Shown: positions 17,340-25,760 of the stretch, one piece after another
Layout of the letters: each line of letters starts with the position of its first letter
Numbering within the stretch: position 1 is the first letter of the stretch
DNA from: a virus
Virus record (IMG/VR): IMGVR_UViG_3300025383_001098
Reading direction: 5' to 3' (one strand)
DNA length: 64,000 nt
Program-made: the position numbers and the translations under genes
Notes under the pieces: generated by a model
Seen by the model: only the letters and a program-made list of their open reading frames with translations
The model's database searches: none
Told to the model about the DNA's origin: nothing

Positions 17340-17519
17340 ATGGATAAGAAAAAGCCAGTTTCTGGATACTACTACTCCGAAAAGGAGTGGGCAAGGTTGG
17401 GGTGTGGCGCACTACCACCAGAACGTGATCGTGATCGCGAACATGCTAAAAATCATCAAGAAGCAGCCGCACGTGGTAATCCAAAAATTGATGGCAATAT
17501 TGTAAAAGGATACAATTAA
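17340..17519 (+). CDS. Small hypothetical protein (59 aa)
   Basis: MDKKKPVSGYYYSEKEWARLGCG; read by hand. Confidence 0.55.
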   Translation: MDKKKPVSGYYYSEKEWARLGCGALPPERDRDREHAKNHQEAAARGNPKIDGNIVKGYN

Positions 17520-17612
17520 ATGTTTACCGCTTTTGCAGTATTGTTGATAGGAAGTGTATTAATTTACATTATGATTGAAGTCAAAGACTGGATCGACAAC
17601 GATCAGCAATAA
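17520..17612 (+). CDS. Small membrane protein (30 aa)
   Basis: Starts immediately after previous stop; one hydrophobic helix. Confidence 0.5.
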   Translation: MFTAFAVLLIGSVLIYIMIEVKDWIDNDQQ

Positions 17613-17738
17613 GTAAACTTTCTGAGTAGCTACAATGGAACACCGAAATACTTGTCAATGTCGACCATGAACAAGGACCGGCCATGAAGAGCAGGGCTAT
17701 CGCGGATTCAAGCGCCACAGAGAGTTTTCTTATTGTTG
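17604..17738 (+). ncRNA. Candidate structured ncRNA 2 (unrecognised)
   Basis: Closing stem 17604-17624/17718-17738 with 20 of 21 pairs; nested TAGC/GCTA, ATGG/CCAT, CTTGT/ACAAG stems. Confidence 0.62.
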
Positions 17739-17739
17739 T

Positions 17740-18060
17740 AATTCCTTTGTAGTGAAGGCATTGTGGACCCGGGTTCGATTCCCGGCATCTCCACCAGAAA
17801 GTGTATTAGCCACTTAATACATAAATGCGGAGTCGTACCGGTACACCTTCCGCGGGTTAGCATAAGGTTCGAAACTTATGTGTTAATACACTTTCTAATG
17901 GGGATGACAAGGTTTCGACATGGTGAGATAGCGAACAAGGCAACACGAGAGGTCAACTCGTAAAAAGCAAAAAAACGTAAACGCAAACGACGAACAGTTC
18001 GCATTAGCGGCCTAAACACCGCTTAGGGCAGGAAATGCCTCGTAACAGAAACAACCAGCC
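17740..18060 (+). ncRNA. ssrA: Circularly permuted (two-piece) tmRNA
   Basis: T-arm CCGGG-TTCGATT-CCCGG and CATCTCC-A-CCA (ends 17796) lie upstream of the 5' end GGGGATG (17900); G3:U70 pair; tag ORF 17983-18015 ANDEQFALAA*; outer ends approximate. Confidence 0.93.
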
Positions 18061-18080
18061 CCTTCGGGGGCTCCACTTTA
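18057..18080 (+). terminator. GC-rich UUCG hairpin at the tmRNA 3' end
   Basis: AGCCCC-TTCG-GGGGCT; weak U-tract. Confidence 0.55.
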
Positions 18081-18088
18081 CAATTTCA

Positions 18089-19222
18089 ATGATCCACTAT
18101 CAAGTCAACAATAAACAGATTTACAATCCGTATCTTGCTTACTACGAAAGTTTTCAGAGTGGAAAGCCTGTACAGTTTTATTGTCACGATGCAGAATATG
18201 ATCAGCTGGATTGGACTCAAGAACCTGCAGAATCGTTTGAAACGTTAATGGATCAACACGCACACCGTCTGCGTGACCGATATGAAAGATTAATTTTAGC
18301 CTGGTCGGGTGGCACTGATAGTCATACTATATATAATGTTTTCAAACGCAATGGTATACATATTGACGAAATTCTGTACAAAATTGATACCAGTCTTTGG
18401 CGTACAACAAATGGTCAGTTAATCCAAGACCCCACCGATCACTTGAATTGGTTAAAGGCAAATCACTGGGATCCAACTACTCGTATCACCAGTTATGATG
18501 AGTATACCACGGATCTTAAAGGCATAGATATTCGCAATGACGAATGGATTTTTCAAAATCGCGGAGATCTTGGAAAATATTTTGCTGTAGGCACTGGCGG
18601 TGAAGCCACTAAGTTTTTATGCGAACGTAATCATGCCGGGCATCATTGGGGACTTGTAGTTGGGTACGAAAAGCCTTTTGTTTTCAAACGCAACGGGTCA
18701 TGGTATTCAAGACAAAGTGATGTTTTATTAAATAGTGTGTTGGGTCAGCCCAACGTTGAATCTTTTTTCCTGGAGCCAATGCTACATTTAAAACAAAGTC
18801 ACCTGGCCAAACGAGTACTGAAACGATTTCAAAATATTGAAAATTCAGAAAACTATGCTACTGTAGTTAACCCAAACGGATTCCCGGGCGGATATAAAAT
18901 ATGGGCTTCGCTATTAGGCCGGCATGATGAGTTGTCCGACGGAATAAGTATCAATGGAAAATTTATTATAACTCATATGAAAGAATTTGCAATAGATTCA
19001 TCTGTTAATATTGGTGATTTGAATAACCATTATGCCGACCCTTCTCTGTTGGGCAGATTGAAAAAGGATAATAAAATTGCTGTAAACTATGTTAAAGGCC
19101 TGTATAATCTTGCAAGCGAACATAGATTTTATGAATTTTTAAATGAAAATTTTTTAGCAGAACCAGGGAAAGTGTTTAAATTAAAAACAACCTGGTCTAA
19201 GGAATACAATCTTGGGGAATAA
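18089..19222 (+). CDS. PP-loop (adenine nucleotide alpha-hydrolase-like) ATPase, paralog A
   Basis: LILAWSGGTDS; DW..EP, LRDRY, NGI.IDEI, G.EKP shared with 22437..23690. Confidence 0.72.
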   Translation: MIHYQVNNKQIYNPYLAYYESFQSGKPVQFYCHDAEYDQLDWTQEPAESFETLMDQHAHRLRDRYERLILAWSGGTDSHTIYNVFKRNGIHIDEILYKIDTSLWRTTNGQLIQDPTDHLNWLKANHWDPTTRITSYDEYTTDLKGIDIRNDEWIFQNRGDLGKYFAVGTGGEATKFLCERNHAGHHWGLVVGYEKPFVFKRNGSWYSRQSDVLLNSVLGQPNVESFFLEPMLHLKQSHLAKRVLKRFQNIENSENYATVVNPNGFPGGYKIWASLLGRHDELSDGISINGKFIITHMKEFAIDSSVNIGDLNNHYADPSLLGRLKKDNKIAVNYVKGLYNLASEHRFYEFLNENFLAEPGKVFKLKTTWSKEYNLGE

Positions 19223-19223
19223 A

Positions 19224-20192
19224 GTGACACGATCAATCTTATCAGTTGTAATATTTTTACTCAGCAGTATTGCAGTAGCTTCACCAGTGTTCAATGCCAA
19301 AGGTGAAAATATTGAAATTATAGTTCCATACGCTGTAGGTGGTGGTACCAGTAATCACGCACACTTGGTAGCCGAAATGTTTAGTGACTATGGGTGGCCA
19401 ACTGTGGTTATAAATCGCCCAGGCGGCGATGCTGTAATTGGAGCAAATGCGGCAGCACGGGCACAACCTAATGGACGTACCTTAATGGTTGCAGCCACCA
19501 GTGCAATGTCAGCCAATGTTGCATTTGGTGCTACTGGCATGGAATACAACGAGCACAGTTTTGTACCAGTTAGTCTTTTAAATCAATTTGGCATGGTACT
19601 GGCTGTTCCTGCCGATAGTCCAATTAAAAACTATGAACAATTTAAATTTTATATACGGGCTAACCCAGAAAAATTTAATATTGGATTTCATAATGGCCCG
19701 TTGAGTAATATTTTTTATGAGTGGGCCCGCGAAGAAAACCTTCCTCGCCCTAACATTGTTATCTACAAAGGATCGGCTCCAATGGATACTGACCTGGTTG
19801 GTGGGCATATTCCTTTTATATGGGATAACTATACTGCGCCATTGATTCCGTTAATTGAAAGTGGTCGGGTTAGAGTAATAGCCACAATGGATTCGGTATC
19901 GCTGTCTGCAATTCAACGTATACAGCCCAATGTTGATGTTGCTGATGTTAGTCGACAACATCCTGATTTACGTTTTGGAGTTTATTACGGATTATTTGCT
20001 CCAGCCGGAACTCCACCACAAGTTGTGGCCGAAATGAATCGCGTAATAAATCAAAGTGCAAAAACCAGCAAATTCCAAAAAGAAATTGTGACCATGGGTA
20101 TTAAAAACATCGGGGGTCGCCCAGAGGTATTGGGCAATTTACAACAGCGTGACATACAGACATTAAAAAAATTACCAAAAGAAAATCGTTAA
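19224..20192 (+). CDS. tctC: Tripartite tricarboxylate transporter substrate-binding protein (Bug/TctC) 1
   Basis: Signal peptide; IIVPYAVGG, NRPGGD..IGA, YKGSAP..TDLVGG, GLFAPAGTP; GTG start assumed (TTG 19212 possible). Confidence 0.9.
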   Translation: MTRSILSVVIFLLSSIAVASPVFNAKGENIEIIVPYAVGGGTSNHAHLVAEMFSDYGWPTVVINRPGGDAVIGANAAARAQPNGRTLMVAATSAMSANVAFGATGMEYNEHSFVPVSLLNQFGMVLAVPADSPIKNYEQFKFYIRANPEKFNIGFHNGPLSNIFYEWAREENLPRPNIVIYKGSAPMDTDLVGGHIPFIWDNYTAPLIPLIESGRVRVIATMDSVSLSAIQRIQPNVDVADVSRQHPDLRFGVYYGLFAPAGTPPQVVAEMNRVINQSAKTSKFQKEIVTMGIKNIGGRPEVLGNLQQRDIQTLKKLPKENR

Positions 20193-20906
20193 ATGAAACA
20201 ATGGTATGAATACCAGCTGGCAAATCAAGTGGCTCAACCTGAGTTAAATCAGCTTGATTATTTGCCAGTGGCTAATTTATCTCACTTGTGCCCGTTGCTG
20301 GAGCCGTTAAAAAATCTCAAAGATAAATCGTATTTCAGAAATTTTTGGAAAGATGCAAATTATGCCGAGCTGGCTGCACTCAACACCGGTGGAGCAGTAT
20401 CTGAACAGCAGATCTCAGACTGGTTGTTTAACGATCCCGAAACCAAAGAATCTTCGGAAAATACCGGTATCAATTATATAGAAGTACCTGACGGTATCAG
20501 AGCTCTTGTAATTGATGATATTGCTCAGCTGGTACAGGCATCACCAGAAGAAATAACTTTAGTAGTCAATTTGCAATTACCCGGTCAATATCTTTCCATG
20601 CACGTTGACCGCCTCAAATACGAAGAAAACGGTCTACGTCGTACTGACGATACCAATACTCCCTACAAGCGATTGCTCATGTTCATGGATGACTGGCAAC
20701 ATGGGCAGGCCTTCCAGATTGGCGATAACTTTTTAAAATGGCGGGCCGGTGATGTTTACCAATGGTCATCAGAAAACGTGTATCACGGCAGTTCAAACTT
20801 TGGATTCTACGATCGCTATGTACTAAGGATCGATGTTAATTATCCACATGAATGGCGCACGGATGCACAAAAGAATCAAAATAATATAACCCGAGAACAA
20901 CTATGA
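20193..20906 (+). CDS. Fe(II)/2OG-type double-stranded beta-helix oxygenase
   Basis: PGQ...HVD ... HGSSN.G...R (HxD...H triad). Confidence 0.65.
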   Translation: MKQWYEYQLANQVAQPELNQLDYLPVANLSHLCPLLEPLKNLKDKSYFRNFWKDANYAELAALNTGGAVSEQQISDWLFNDPETKESSENTGINYIEVPDGIRALVIDDIAQLVQASPEEITLVVNLQLPGQYLSMHVDRLKYEENGLRRTDDTNTPYKRLLMFMDDWQHGQAFQIGDNFLKWRAGDVYQWSSENVYHGSSNFGFYDRYVLRIDVNYPHEWRTDAQKNQNNITREQL

Positions 20907-21865
20907 AAAAATACTTATTAGTGGCCTTGGCCATACTGTCATGTTCTGCCTATGCTTGGCAACCTGATAAAAATACCCCCATTACAGTAATCACCGGTTA
21001 CCCAGCAGGATCCAGTAACGAAATTATCTTTAGAAAATTAGCAACCGTTGTTACAGCCAATACTGGAGTAAATTTTATTGTTAAACCTAAACCCGGTGTT
21101 GACGGAATCATTGCAATGAATGAATTGTATGATTCAAAACACGATGGATATTCTGTTGCCGTTCCAAGCATACCAACATTGTTTGTTGTTAATGATATTT
21201 CAAATAAAAATCTTAAGAAATACTCTTGGGATAGTTTTGCCACACCTATTGTAATAGGACAAACTCCTCTCGCAGTTATTGCCAGTGCAAAAAATCCTGT
21301 GACAAATTTTAAACAGTTAACGGATCTTTTAAAAACAACCACACAACCTATTAACATAGGACAAGCCGGCGGCACAATACGTGTAGCATATGAATATTTG
21401 ATGCACGAAACCAATGGCAATAAAAAAATGGTCAAAGACATTGGCTACAAAAGTTTTCCGCCAGAGATTGCCGACGTGGTTGGGGGACAAATTGATTTTG
21501 GTATTACTACATTAAGTAGTGTTTATCAAATAGCAAAAGACGGACGAGTACGAATTCTTGCCATTACCGAAGAATCTTCTAACTCGACTGAGTTTCCAAA
21601 AACCTATACCACGCTACCCAACTATAAATTTTCTACCGGATACTTGTTGGCTTTACCGCCTAAAACTGATCTTGAAATTCAGCAATGGTATTCAAGAGAA
21701 TTTATTCGTGCCATGCGAGATCCTGAATTTCAGCAGTGGGCAACAGATAATTTGATAACTACAGATATTAACTTAACATCAGACATTGCTGTAAAAGCAT
21801 TTGGAGCACAGATGCGTAAAAAACTGTCTCGAGTTATGACAGAACTAAGAAAAGGAGAAAACTAA
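20903..21865 (+). CDS. tctC: Bug/TctC substrate-binding protein 2
   Basis: Signal peptide; GYPAGSS, KPGVDG.IA, DGY, YK...DVVGGQID, GRVRILA. Confidence 0.88.
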   Translation: MKKYLLVALAILSCSAYAWQPDKNTPITVITGYPAGSSNEIIFRKLATVVTANTGVNFIVKPKPGVDGIIAMNELYDSKHDGYSVAVPSIPTLFVVNDISNKNLKKYSWDSFATPIVIGQTPLAVIASAKNPVTNFKQLTDLLKTTTQPINIGQAGGTIRVAYEYLMHETNGNKKMVKDIGYKSFPPEIADVVGGQIDFGITTLSSVYQIAKDGRVRILAITEESSNSTEFPKTYTTLPNYKFSTGYLLALPPKTDLEIQQWYSREFIRAMRDPEFQQWATDNLITTDINLTSDIAVKAFGAQMRKKLSRVMTELRKGEN

Positions 21866-22437
21866 TGTGGCCGTACTATAAACTTTTACCCGATTTACCG
21901 AGACCTCCGCAGAAATTTTTTGATGAGGTGGAAGTAGACGTTAATAATTTGCCAAACCAAACTGACATGCATGAAATCAGATATAGGAATGTTACTCGCG
22001 GTAACGAAAAGTTCCTTGCCAGTCCTGCGGTTCGTGTTCCAACAACACCAGAATTTGCACAATGGTTTAAAGAAAACATTGCACCTAACCCCAAGGATGT
22101 TAGTATTAACTACAGACATTGTAACAGTGACACTGGTGGGATTCATACCGACACCACAAGAGAATACAGATTAGCATACAATATACTTGACGGTGGTCCC
22201 AACTGTGGTGTTATCTATTATCAACAGCACGGGTATCCTTTGATGCGTGAACTTGCAATACAGCACTTAACCTATCACGATGTAACTCCAGTGCATAAAT
22301 TAGTTGGTCCAAACAATGTTTGGTTTTTAATGGATACAAGAATTCTGCACAGTTGCGAAGGAATTGAAAGTCCTCGAGTACAGTTTGACATTAGCTTTGA
22401 CACAGAAAGTGTTCCTCAAGAGTGGTTGGTTGACTAA
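21865..22437 (+). CDS. Fe(II)/2OG-dependent oxygenase-like protein
   Basis: IHTD ... LHS.EG...PR....S. Confidence 0.65.
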   Translation: MWPYYKLLPDLPRPPQKFFDEVEVDVNNLPNQTDMHEIRYRNVTRGNEKFLASPAVRVPTTPEFAQWFKENIAPNPKDVSINYRHCNSDTGGIHTDTTREYRLAYNILDGGPNCGVIYYQQHGYPLMRELAIQHLTYHDVTPVHKLVGPNNVWFLMDTRILHSCEGIESPRVQFDISFDTESVPQEWLVD

Positions 22438-23690
22438 TGTTTCATCCCTATAGCGACAAAAATAAATTTGGCTACTATACTGTAGGCAATGTCAATACCT
22501 ATAGGAAACTTGAAGCGATCGAAATAGGTCGCAAAACCAATCAGCCTGTTAGGTGGAATTTTAATAATGAAGTGTTTTCATCTGTTGATTGGTCTAAAGA
22601 ACCCGAAGCAAATCTGTTAGAATTGTATCGTCGGCGAGCACAACAAATTCGAGATTCCTACGACTATGTTGTTGTTATGCTAAGTGGCGGTGCTGACAGT
22701 ACTGCCATGCTCAAGAGTTTCTTAGACAACGGTATATACCCTGATGAAATTTTAAGTGCTCACGAACTCAATGGGGCCAAAGATCCGAATTGGTATTTAA
22801 CCGGAGAAGTTATAAATTCAGCAATACCTTGGGTACAAAAATATTTAGACACGGGAATTCCTACACGCTATCGAGTGGTAGACACATCAGAGTGGCAATA
22901 TAACTCTTTGAATAATTTAACAGTCGGAGCAAGAGATGATTCATATTATAATTTTAATAATGTGCATAATCTTGGCATGCTCGGACGCTTTAGATTTAGA
23001 GAAAACATAGAAGACTATCGCAAGATCATCGACTCCGGGTGCCGTTTGTGTCTTGTTTGGGGAGAACAAAAACCCCGTATATCCTATGACCGAACACGTC
23101 AATGTCATAAATTTTCATTTAGAGAAGCCAGCCTTGACGCTTATGTTGGTCCAATATATCAAGAAGTAGACCAGCCGGGCTACTTTGATGAATTGTTTTT
23201 TTCAAGCCCAAACATGCCGGAGATTGTAATAAAACAAGCATACGAGTGTTTAAAGTATCTTAGGAATCCCGAACTATTCCCCGATATTATTAAAGATCAA
23301 TCAACCTTTCCACGAATAATAAACAATCAAACGCCAGGCCTTGGGTTGACCCCAAACGCTGTAGAATTCAAGGTATGGCATCCATGGCATAGTAGTGTAG
23401 AGACTGTAAAAAAGATTCAAAGTTTTTGTTTAACCAAGGACGGATTACATTCAATAATATATCCTCATATAGAGCCTATTACTTACGATCAATTAAAAGG
23501 ACCAAGATCCGTCGTATACCCCAGAGATGGTTGGTTAGTAAATGCCAATCCAGAAGCAGCTAAAAAATGGTTCCAGGGCTATTATTCTAATGTAGTTGGA
23601 TTACGCTTAGAACAACATCCAACTACACAAGCTCTTGATGTCATGGGCGGAGAATGGTACCTGAGAAATGATTATTATTTGCCATTTTAA
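22437..23690 (+). CDS. PP-loop ATPase, paralog B
   Basis: VVMLSGGADS; DW.KEP, IRDSYD, NGI.PDEI, GEQKP. Confidence 0.72.
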   Translation: MFHPYSDKNKFGYYTVGNVNTYRKLEAIEIGRKTNQPVRWNFNNEVFSSVDWSKEPEANLLELYRRRAQQIRDSYDYVVVMLSGGADSTAMLKSFLDNGIYPDEILSAHELNGAKDPNWYLTGEVINSAIPWVQKYLDTGIPTRYRVVDTSEWQYNSLNNLTVGARDDSYYNFNNVHNLGMLGRFRFRENIEDYRKIIDSGCRLCLVWGEQKPRISYDRTRQCHKFSFREASLDAYVGPIYQEVDQPGYFDELFFSSPNMPEIVIKQAYECLKYLRNPELFPDIIKDQSTFPRIINNQTPGLGLTPNAVEFKVWHPWHSSVETVKKIQSFCLTKDGLHSIIYPHIEPITYDQLKGPRSVVYPRDGWLVNANPEAAKKWFQGYYSNVVGLRLEQHPTTQALDVMGGEWYLRNDYYLPF

Positions 23691-23772
23691 AAAAAGTTGT
23701 CAACTTTCTTGCGACCTTGTGCGTTATATATGTACACAGTGAAAATTGTGTATAACCTAAAAGGAAATTAAA

Positions 23773-23955
23773 ATGAAACAACTTATCGCAATCGTAGCAT
23801 CAGTATTTGCATTATCAGCAATGGCTCAAACAGCACCAGTGGCACCAACTGCACCGGCTAAGGTAGAGAAGAAAGAAGTTGCCAAGCCTGCAAAAAGCGT
23901 ACCCGCTAAAAAAGAAGCACCTAAAGCTGACACGAAGGCACCTACCACTAAGTAA
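23773..23955 (+). CDS. Small secreted Ala/Lys/Pro-rich protein (Asr-like)
   Basis: AAGGA SD; signal peptide ending AMA; low-complexity tail. Confidence 0.75.
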   Translation: MKQLIAIVASVFALSAMAQTAPVAPTAPAKVEKKEVAKPAKSVPAKKEAPKADTKAPTTK

Positions 23956-24130
23956 TCACGACGATGACATTATTGTCGATGACGATCAGCCCTTAGGGCG
24001 AAATCGGTGGAGTCAACAGTTTGGAAAGATTGTTCATGAAAATCGAGAAGAACTGTCAGATTACATACGTGTAAGGTTATTTTTAGCAAGGGTTAAAGCT
24101 CTTCAAAAATACGAAGAAGTCTGGGGATAA
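23879..24130 (+). CDS. Hypothetical protein, start uncertain
   Basis: Protein-like C-terminus LSDYIRVRLFLARVKALQKYEEVWG followed by a terminator; no ATG/SD. Confidence 0.4.
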   Translation: MPSLQKAYPLKKKHLKLTRRHLPLSNHDDDIIVDDDQPLGRNRWSQQFGKIVHENREELSDYIRVRLFLARVKALQKYEEVWG

Positions 24131-24145
24131 ACTCCAGACTTTTTT
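24117..24145 (+). terminator. Intrinsic terminator
   Basis: AAGTCTGGGG/CTCCAGACTT followed by T-run. Confidence 0.7.
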
Positions 24146-24266
24146 ATTTGCCCAAAAAGATTGATTTTTTATTATAATAGTATATAATGACTACTAATAG
24201 AGCATAAGTAAAAGTATATCATTGCTCTAACAAAGTAGTCTAACTAATTGCTCTAAAGGATATAAA

Positions 24267-24623
24267 ATGGCTGGTGTTTTTCAATGTTTGAACTGTGGTA
24301 GAGATAACCCTGTAAAAGGCGCAAATTATACCAACAAGTATTGTAATAATTTTTGCCAACAACAGCATCGTCGTACTCTGTTAGCAGAAAAACGTATTGC
24401 GGAATGGCAGTCAGGTTGCGGACTATACGTGTGGAAAGAAGTTCCAGACTATATTCAAGACTTCCTAATTCAAGAGCGCGGTCATAAGTGCGAAACGTGT
24501 GGCATTACAGAATGGCAGGGCGAACCAGCTCCGCTGACCGTAACACAACGAGACAGTGATCCTTATAACAACAAAGAGGATAACTTAGAAGTGATTTGCT
24601 ATAACTGCAAGTCACAAAAATAA
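24267..24623 (+). CDS. Zn-finger protein with degenerate HNH fold
   Basis: CxxC...YCxxxC; CETCG..W.G...NN...NL..ICYNC; the expected His residues are absent. Confidence 0.7.
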   Translation: MAGVFQCLNCGRDNPVKGANYTNKYCNNFCQQQHRRTLLAEKRIAEWQSGCGLYVWKEVPDYIQDFLIQERGHKCETCGITEWQGEPAPLTVTQRDSDPYNNKEDNLEVICYNCKSQK

Positions 24624-24650
24624 TTTCATATTAACTTAAGGAGATGTAAC

Positions 24651-25190
24651 ATGAAAACAATCGGTGATAAATTAGAACATTTTGCAGTAACAGGCGTTAA
24701 GCCAGGTCAACCAGAAGATGCTTTCTTCACAATTGACGAAACAAGCTTCGAAGGTAAATGGAAGGTAATCGTATTCTATCCTAAGGACTTTACATTTGTA
24801 TGTCCTACAGAAATTGTAGCATACGACCGACTAAATCAAGACTTTGAAGATCGTGATGCAGTCCTGCTAACTGGTTCAACAGACAATGAGTTCTGCAAAC
24901 TGGCATGGCAAACGGCACACGCAGATTTGAAGAAAATCACTCACAATCAGTTTGCCGATACACAGCGTGGTGAGTTGAGTTTAGCAGAGCAGTTGGGTGT
25001 ATTCTATGCTCCAGCAGGTGCGGCACTTCGTGCTACATTCATTGTAGATCCAGACAACACAATCCAACACGTTACTGTAAACAACTTGGACGTAGGTCGT
25101 AGCCCAGAAGAAACTCTACGTATTTTAGATGCTCTTCAAACTGGCGAACTATGTGCTTGTAATCGTACAGTAGGCGGAGAAACACTATAA
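24651..25190 (+). CDS. ahpC: Peroxiredoxin AhpC
   Basis: FYPKDFTFVCPTE, ALRATFIVDP, GELCAC. Confidence 0.95.
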   Translation: MKTIGDKLEHFAVTGVKPGQPEDAFFTIDETSFEGKWKVIVFYPKDFTFVCPTEIVAYDRLNQDFEDRDAVLLTGSTDNEFCKLAWQTAHADLKKITHNQFADTQRGELSLAEQLGVFYAPAGAALRATFIVDPDNTIQHVTVNNLDVGRSPEETLRILDALQTGELCACNRTVGGETL

Positions 25191-25696
25191 TGGCATTCAA
25201 CGACACTATCAAAGGTGCGTTGCCGGACTACGCAAAGGACACCAAGTTAAATCTTGATGCGGTCCTATTGCGTAGTACATTGGATGCAGATGTGGCTATG
25301 GGGTGTGCTGTGGCTGCATTGGCCGCAACCGGCAACGGTAAAGTACTAAGTATCTTGTTAGCAGATGCGCCAGTACACGCAGAGTCAGCGATGACTGCCG
25401 CAAGTATCATGGCACAGAACAATGTATGGTATCCATATGTTGAAATGGCTGATGACGAAAGCCTAAAAGGCCTTCCAGCTCAGTTACGCATGAATGCTAT
25501 TGCTAATCATGGCGGCACAACTAAGAGCAACTTTGAAGCATTTAGTTTGGCCGCAAGTATTGTTGGCAAGTGTCACTTCTGCGTTAAGGCGCACTACGAA
25601 ACACTCAAGGCGGAAGGCTATACTGTAGAAAACCTACGCGATATTGGGCGAATTGCTGCAGTAATGAATTCAGTGGCAAAAGTACTGAATAGCTAA
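25190..25696 (+). CDS. ahpD: Alkylhydroperoxidase AhpD
   Basis: LPDYAKD.KLNL, CHFCVKAH; coupled to ahpC. Confidence 0.93.
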   Translation: MAFNDTIKGALPDYAKDTKLNLDAVLLRSTLDADVAMGCAVAALAATGNGKVLSILLADAPVHAESAMTAASIMAQNNVWYPYVEMADDESLKGLPAQLRMNAIANHGGTTKSNFEAFSLAASIVGKCHFCVKAHYETLKAEGYTVENLRDIGRIAAVMNSVAKVLNS

Positions 25697-25718
25697 TCTG
25701 TTGTATTTTCGCAACACT

Positions 25719-25745
25719 AAAAAGCCCCGTGTTTGGGGCTTTTTT
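25719..25745 (+). terminator. Intrinsic terminator
   Basis: AAAAGCCCC/GGGGCTTTT followed by T-run. Confidence 0.8.
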
Positions 25746-25760
25746 ACGGGGTTTTATTTC

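Noticed and set aside
17761-17796. Possible tRNA-Ala gene or integration-site tRNA fragment
   Set aside because: The matching 5' acceptor strand lies downstream at 17900 and is followed by a tag ORF, so this is a permuted tmRNA
17763-17963. 66-aa ORF in the track, and the 18035 start for the next gene
   Set aside because: Both overlap the tmRNA; ATG 18089 after the 3' hairpin is preferred
23908-23914. Canonical -1 frameshift at A AAA AAG
   Set aside because: The heptamer is not in the required phase, and the downstream ORF is in the +1 frame
24148-24190. OxyR box upstream of the ahpC operon
   Set aside because: No convincing ATAG-N7-CTAT repeat could be aligned
24267-24623. Active mobile HNH homing endonuclease
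   Set aside because: The catalytic and metal-binding His positions are replaced
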